NCBI GenBank assembly: GCA_029259155.1
Contig: JAPDJI010000001.1
Location: forward strand, 1 to 64,000
Source of the DNA: Candidatus Methanomethylicia archaeon
GTDB taxonomy: Archaea > Thermoproteota > Methanomethylicia > Nezhaarchaeales > B40-G2
Reading direction: 5' to 3'
Length of the DNA stretch: 64,000 nt
This document shows, in pieces, positions 59,310 through 64,000 of this stretch; positions within the stretch are counted from its first letter, which is position 1, and the number at the start of each line of letters is the position of its first letter. Under the pieces are notes generated by a model, which saw only the letters and a program-made list of their open reading frames with translations, was not told where the DNA came from and did no database searches. The translations under genes were made by a program, and so were the position numbers.

Positions 59310-60713
59310 CTACGTCACTATCTCAGGCAATAAGTTCTTCTTGCACGCTCTCCTAACTTCTAAGGCTATCCTGTCGCCCACGCTCATTCTGCGCTTATAC
59401 CTAGCTACAGCGTACTTACCGCCTACACCTAAGTGTACGTTTGCTCCTCCACCGTGGCGTAGAGCAACATCCTGGGTGTAGGGGACGTGCATATATGTTT
59501 CGGCTGCTTCAGGTACATCGTATAGGCCTAGCTTAACTCCCTCATAGACTTTTACCTTAGGTACCTTCGTCCAGGTGACGATCGTCTGAAGACACCAAGC
59601 TCCTATAATGCCTGGCGGCTCATAGAGCTGGGTAGCTTTAAGGAAAGCATTAGCAACTAAGTGGACGTCCTTCAACAACGACTCCCTTATCGAGAGGTCT
59701 CCATGGAAAGTTACCTCGAAGCTTAAGGGGTAGGGGGTTTTAGTCCAATCTATCTTGAGCTGGACGTCTGCTGGTAGCCTAATAACTCCGTCATGGGTGG
59801 TTTCACGCCTCTCATCTATGGAGAGCAGCTCGTTGGCTAGGTATGATCTAGCCTCCTCAATGGTTATACTGTATAGCTTGGAGTACCACTGCTCTACGTC
59901 ACCCCAGCTTTCCTTAGCGTTTATGGGTGAGTAGAAGAAGTTGAAGTTAGCGTGAGGTCCAGGTACGTATTCCTCGACACGGGCATATTGTAGGCCTTCT
60001 TCATCGAGGTGGCCTGCTTCAACCTCCTTTCTAACTTTTTCTTCTAAGTCGTCTGAGTTAGCGGCGAAGATGAAGCCTCTCTCGAACTTTCTATGGGCAA
60101 ACTCAGCCTTCAAGATTAAAGGCTGCTCTATCCTCTCCTCGAACTTTATCCCTGTCTTAACTACCTTGAACTTAAACGCTTTAGGATAAGGTATCCCAGC
60201 TTTCTCAGCGAACCAGTAGTAATCCTTCTCTATTTCACCGCGGTTCTCTATTTTAAGAAGTCTACGTGAGCCTACAATGGGCACGGCGAACTTATCCTCA
60301 ATAACGCTGCACTTCTCATCTCCACCTACGTATACGCTGAAGGCTCTGTTAGGTATTTGGAGGCACTGCAGTTCAAGGAGGTCATCCACGTACTTAACCA
60401 CGTCAGAATAGTGGTCGAAGATAACTATGCAGCTTCTCCATCCTTTCTTTTTCTTAGCGTCAGCTGGATCCTCCACCACTATCACATCTCTTCTCACTAG
60501 CTCAGGTAGATCTTCAACTTCCTCTTCAGATGAGCCAGCCATAGCGTTCTGTAGGTATATTCTGGCTCTATCCTTCGTGGTGTATATCAACGCCTTTAGC
60601 CCATAGTTCCTAGCTCCCTGCCAAGCATCGAGCGCGCTATGGGACCCTAGGATCAACAATGTTGGTTCTTTAAAGCGTGAAGCTACTTCCTGCATCTCTC
60701 TCCTATTAATCAC
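59310..60713 (-). CDS. purP: PurP-like ATP-grasp protein (FAICAR synthetase family)
   Basis: LGSHSALD, IPNRAFSVY, LLKIENR, ERGF, IEEY-like RVEEYV.G, IRESLL, PPGIIG.WCLQ, GDRIA.E. Confidence 0.75.
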   Translation of the reverse strand: MINRREMQEVASRFKEPTLLILGSHSALDAWQGARNYGLKALIYTTKDRARIYLQNAMAGSSEEEVEDLPELVRRDVIVVEDPADAKKKKGWRSCIVIFDHYSDVVKYVDDLLELQCLQIPNRAFSVYVGGDEKCSVIEDKFAVPIVGSRRLLKIENRGEIEKDYYWFAEKAGIPYPKAFKFKVVKTGIKFEERIEQPLILKAEFAHRKFERGFIFAANSDDLEEKVRKEVEAGHLDEEGLQYARVEEYVPGPHANFNFFYSPINAKESWGDVEQWYSKLYSITIEEARSYLANELLSIDERRETTHDGVIRLPADVQLKIDWTKTPYPLSFEVTFHGDLSIRESLLKDVHLVANAFLKATQLYEPPGIIGAWCLQTIVTWTKVPKVKVYEGVKLGLYDVPEAAETYMHVPYTQDVALRHGGGANVHLGVGGKYAVARYKRRMSVGDRIALEVRRACKKNLLPEIVT

Positions 60714-60916
60714 AGTCCTATCCCCAAAGTCACTACCATGCTACGCTTTAAAGAGGTTTCGAGGAGGGTGAATTTAGCTCCTTGGATGGTGCTGTTGAAT
60801 GTCAGCGAAGCGATAAAAGCTCTTATCCTCACATGTTCCCTGATGTTCTCTACCATTGAGGCAGAGCTTTTTTAATTACATATAGGAAAGATGGTTTCCA
60901 TTAAAGGTGAGGACAC

Positions 60917-61132
60917 ATGAAGTATGAGGTTGAAGTAGAGTTCCACAAGGATTTTATCAAGGTAGATGGAAGTAGAATCGTTGTCGGTTTAACCTCCAGG
61001 CCTGAAGGAGGTAAGGCCAACCTTGAACTAATTAAGAAGTTTGCTAAATACTTCAAAGTTTCCTCATCTCAAGTCAGGATACTGTCGGGTTTAAAGTCAA
61101 GGAGGAAGATAGTCGAGATAATCGAGAAGTAA
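60917..61132 (+). CDS. DUF167 (YggU/UPF0235) protein
   Basis: PEGGKAN.EL....A.YF.V....V.I.SG..SR.K. Confidence 0.85.
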   Translation: MKYEVEVEFHKDFIKVDGSRIVVGLTSRPEGGKANLELIKKFAKYFKVSSSQVRILSGLKSRRKIVEIIEK

Positions 61133-61281
61133 AGTTTCCTCTAGCTCCCAGTCCAAAAGTTCAAGTTTCTTTACCTACGGGTTTAAAATGAGTAGCTCAT
61201 TTTAATGTCTATAGCTTGGGTAAGAAAAATTGGTTAACTTTAAAGAGAGCTACGAGTCAAAACTTTGACCGGCGAATAAGG

Positions 61282-61539
61282 ATGAAGCTTAAGGCTAGGG
61301 TAGAGATCAGGCTTAAACCAGGCTTAACCGATGCGGAAGGCCTAGCTACCCTTGAATCTCTACGGGACCTAGGCTTCAATGTCCTAGACGTGAAAGTGGG
61401 GAAGATCTTCTACATGGTGCTTGAAGCCCCCAACTTGGAGGAAGCGAGGCAGCAAGTGGACGTTATGTGTAAGAGGCTTCTGGCCAACCCTGAAGTCAAA
61501 GATGACTACACTTACACCGTGGAACCTGAGGAAGGTTAA
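61282..61539 (+). CDS. purS: FGAM synthase PurS subunit
   Basis: LKPG.TD.EG......L..LG, VKVGK, MCKRLLANP; start at ATG 61282. Confidence 0.9.
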   Translation: MKLKARVEIRLKPGLTDAEGLATLESLRDLGFNVLDVKVGKIFYMVLEAPNLEEARQQVDVMCKRLLANPEVKDDYTYTVEPEEG

Positions 61540-61690
61540 GCTAGATCTGCTATGACCATAACTGGCGGGCGAAAGTTTAAAGGAGTTCTCTAGGCCTCTC
61601 TTCTGCTTTTTATGGTAAAGTCCGGCGAAACCTTCGCTGCTCTCTTAAACCCTAAATCTAAAAAGCTCGAGATACATCTGCGGTAATGGT

Positions 61691-64000
61691 ATGCAGGGAC
61701 AAGGACAAAGCTACACATTGAAGGTTAAAGACGTACCCTTCGACCTTTATCTCATCGACCTCCTCAAGGCAGATGATGCGATGTTAATGAAGATCAGCGA
61801 CGAAATGGGGTTATCGTTAAGCCTAGAGGAAATGAAGGTTATTCAACGACACTATAAAGATCTCAAGCGACTACCAACCGACGTGGAGCTCCAGTCTCTG
61901 GGACAAGTATGGTCGGAGCATTGTTTTCACAAGACGTTTAAAGGTTATGTGATGGCAGGGCGTACGCGTGTGAAGAACATGCTTAGGCGCTTCATAGCTA
62001 AGGTCGTAGCGGAGCTTAAGCCTGAGTGGTGCGTGTCGGTCTTTGAGGATAATGCTGGGATCGTGGATTTTGGTGATGGTTACGCCGTAGCTATTAAGGT
62101 GGAGACTCATAACCATCCTTCAGCTATAGAGCCTTTTGGCGGCGCGGCTACGGGCGTAGGCGGAGTGATTAGGGATATCCTTGGAGTTTGGGGTGATCCG
62201 ATAGCTAATACGGATGTGCTGTGTTTTGGCCCGCTTGACTACAGTTACGAGAAGCTTCCTCGAGGGGTTAAGCATCCTCGCTACCTTTATAGGGGTGTTG
62301 TGGCTGGGATCGGCAATTACGGCAATAACATGGGCATTCCTACGGTGAACGGAGCAATCGTATTCGATGAGGGGTACGTGGGTAACGTCGTAGTTTACTG
62401 TGGCTGTGTGGGGATCTTACCTATTGATAGGTACTTGAAGTGGGCTAGAGAGGGTGATTGCTTGGTGCTTGCAGGCGGTAGGACTGGACGTGATGGGATA
62501 CATGGTGTAACTTTTGCTTCAGCCGAGCTTACTGAGGAGTCAGAGGAGGTTTCTAGGCCAGCAGTGCAGATACCTAATCCTATCGAGGAGGAGAGGCTTA
62601 AGAGAGCTATCTTAAGGATTAGGGATGAAGGATTAGCCACTGCTGTGACTGACCTAGGCGGTGGAGGGGTTTCCTGCGCTGTTAGCGAGACTGCTCACCG
62701 TTTCGGGCTTGGAGCTCAAGTATGGCTGGAGAAGATTCCGTTAAAGTATCCAGGACTGGCACCATGGGAGATCTGGCTGTCAGAATCTCAGGAGCGCATG
62801 TTACTGGTCTCGCCGCCTGATAAGGTAGACCGTTGCCTTGAAGCCTTCGAGGACGAAGAGGTTGAAGCCAACATCATAGGTAGGCTTACAGGTACCGGAG
62901 AGCTCTGCGTAGACTACCTTGGATACCGCGTAGCTACCTTGGACCTAGATTTCTTATTTAAGCCTCCCACTGTCACGAGAAGGGCTGAGTGGACTCCACC
63001 TGTCTTCGAAGAACCCTTCTTCAAGCCCCCTAAGGACTTAGGCGAGACCTTGCTTAAGCTCCTTTCCTCCCCTAACGTTTGTAGTAAGGAGGAGGCTGTT
63101 AGGACCTATGACCATGAAGTGAAAGGAGCCACTGCCGTTAAGCCATTCCAAGGGTTGAGGGCTGGTCCCAACGACGCAGCTGTGTTGAAGCCTATAGTAT
63201 CTTCTTGGAGAGGGATAGTGGTTTCCTGCGGCATTAAGCCTCGTTACGGTAAGATAGATCCCTACTGGATGGCGGCTTCGTCCATAGACGAAGCTATTAG
63301 GAATAACGTGGCGGTAGGCGGTAGACGAATAGCTTTGCTCGATAACTTTACGTGGGGCAACCCTGAGAAACCCGATAGGATGGGCGGCCTCTTAAGGGCT
63401 GTGAAGGCGTGCTACAGGCTCGCTAAGGCTTATGGTACGCCTTTCATATCAGGTAAGGATAGCCTATATAATGAATCCCCCCTAGGACCTGTTACCCCCA
63501 CGCTACTCATAACAGCTTTAGGCATAATACCTGACGTTAGGCTCGCCGTCACCTCAGACCTTAAGAGGCCAGGTAACCCATTATACCTCGTCGGCTTTAC
63601 GAAGGCTGAGCTGGGCGGCTCCGAGTACTATTCATTAATGAACATCCTCGGTAGGTCAGTGCCTAAGGTGTACATGCCTATGGCTAAGAGGCTGGTTGAG
63701 GCGATGGTTGAAGCTATCGACCAGCAGCTCGTTAAGGCTTGCCACGACCTCTCTGAAGGTGGTTTAGGCGTAGCGGCAGCTGAGATGGCTATAGGTGGAG
63801 GGTTAGGGATGGAACTATACCTAGCTCAGGTGCCTAGGCCTAAGTCTCTTAGACGCGATGACTTCATCCTATTCTCAGAATCGAATACCCGTTTCCTCGT
63901 GGAGGTTAAGGCAGATGCTGAGGAGGAGTTTGAGAAGGTTATGCGTGGTGTTCCACACGGTAAGGTGGGACAAGTTCTACGTGAGCCAACGTTAGTGGTT
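61691..64000 (+). CDS. purL: FGAM synthase PurL subunit (runs off the window end)
   Basis: Translated by eye: QVWSEHCFHK, FEDNAG, KVETHNHPSAIEPFGGAATG, TGRDGIHG, DLGGGG, LSESQERM, YDHEV, SGKDSLYN, CHDLSEGG, FSES. Confidence 0.93.
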   Translation, partial: MQGQGQSYTLKVKDVPFDLYLIDLLKADDAMLMKISDEMGLSLSLEEMKVIQRHYKDLKRLPTDVELQSLGQVWSEHCFHKTFKGYVMAGRTRVKNMLRRFIAKVVAELKPEWCVSVFEDNAGIVDFGDGYAVAIKVETHNHPSAIEPFGGAATGVGGVIRDILGVWGDPIANTDVLCFGPLDYSYEKLPRGVKHPRYLYRGVVAGIGNYGNNMGIPTVNGAIVFDEGYVGNVVVYCGCVGILPIDRYLKWAREGDCLVLAGGRTGRDGIHGVTFASAELTEESEEVSRPAVQIPNPIEEERLKRAILRIRDEGLATAVTDLGGGGVSCAVSETAHRFGLGAQVWLEKIPLKYPGLAPWEIWLSESQERMLLVSPPDKVDRCLEAFEDEEVEANIIGRLTGTGELCVDYLGYRVATLDLDFLFKPPTVTRRAEWTPPVFEEPFFKPPKDLGETLLKLLSSPNVCSKEEAVRTYDHEVKGATAVKPFQGLRAGPNDAAVLKPIVSSWRGIVVSCGIKPRYGKIDPYWMAASSIDEAIRNNVAVGGRRIALLDNFTWGNPEKPDRMGGLLRAVKACYRLAKAYGTPFISGKDSLYNESPLGPVTPTLLITALGIIPDVRLAVTSDLKRPGNPLYLVGFTKAELGGSEYYSLMNILGRSVPKVYMPMAKRLVEAMVEAIDQQLVKACHDLSEGGLGVAAAEMAIGGGLGMELYLAQVPRPKSLRRDDFILFSESNTRFLVEVKADAEEEFEKVMRGVPHGKVGQVLREPTLVV

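Noticed and set aside
1-64000. Many short opposite-strand ORFs (e.g. 21146-21529, 43372-43800, 53223-53621, 61871-62116)
   Set aside because: They are antisense shadows lying within well-supported genes.
1-64000. CRISPR array, rRNA or transposase
   Set aside because: No regularly spaced repeats, rRNA-like sequence or transposase motifs were seen.

Overview
Archaeal chromosomal segment, probably a thermophilic Thermoproteota (TACK) lineage; this is inferred from gene content (PoK/PPS-type CoA pathway, MfnA, AglH, RadA, A1-U72 tRNA-Gln, GGTG ribosome-binding sites, frequent GTG/TTG starts). In order: an AT-rich decayed end (phosphodiesterase-family and GT4 pseudogenes); a 1609-aa S-layer-like glycoprotein with a glycosylation and nucleotide-sugar cluster; a purine cluster (purC, purF, Cys-less purF-like gene, purD, purT, purE, purM) interrupted by a ModE-like regulator and an MNT-HEPN pair; a divergent DNA-recombination-like locus; a radical SAM gene; tRNA-Gln(UUG); GH133 and GT4 genes; tldD/pmbA; phoU; leuS; a CoA operon; a purP-like gene; purS and purL (cut by the window end). 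Three signals stand out. (1) A 23-nt bulge-helix-bulge (BHB) intron at 38302-38324 in the radical SAM gene, whose removal at the canonical cut sites restores the frame just upstream of the CxxxCxxC motif. (2) A tightly coupled operon encoding a membrane protein, a degenerate HerA/VirB4-like ATPase, a small protein, an atypical RadA, a SWIM protein and a degenerate RecA-fold paralog, facing a membrane-anchored ArsR regulator and sfsA. (3) A CoA operon lacking panB but containing an HPS-RraA fusion, whose first two genes have no canonical start codon. All protein calls rest on motif recognition by eye; no database search was run.
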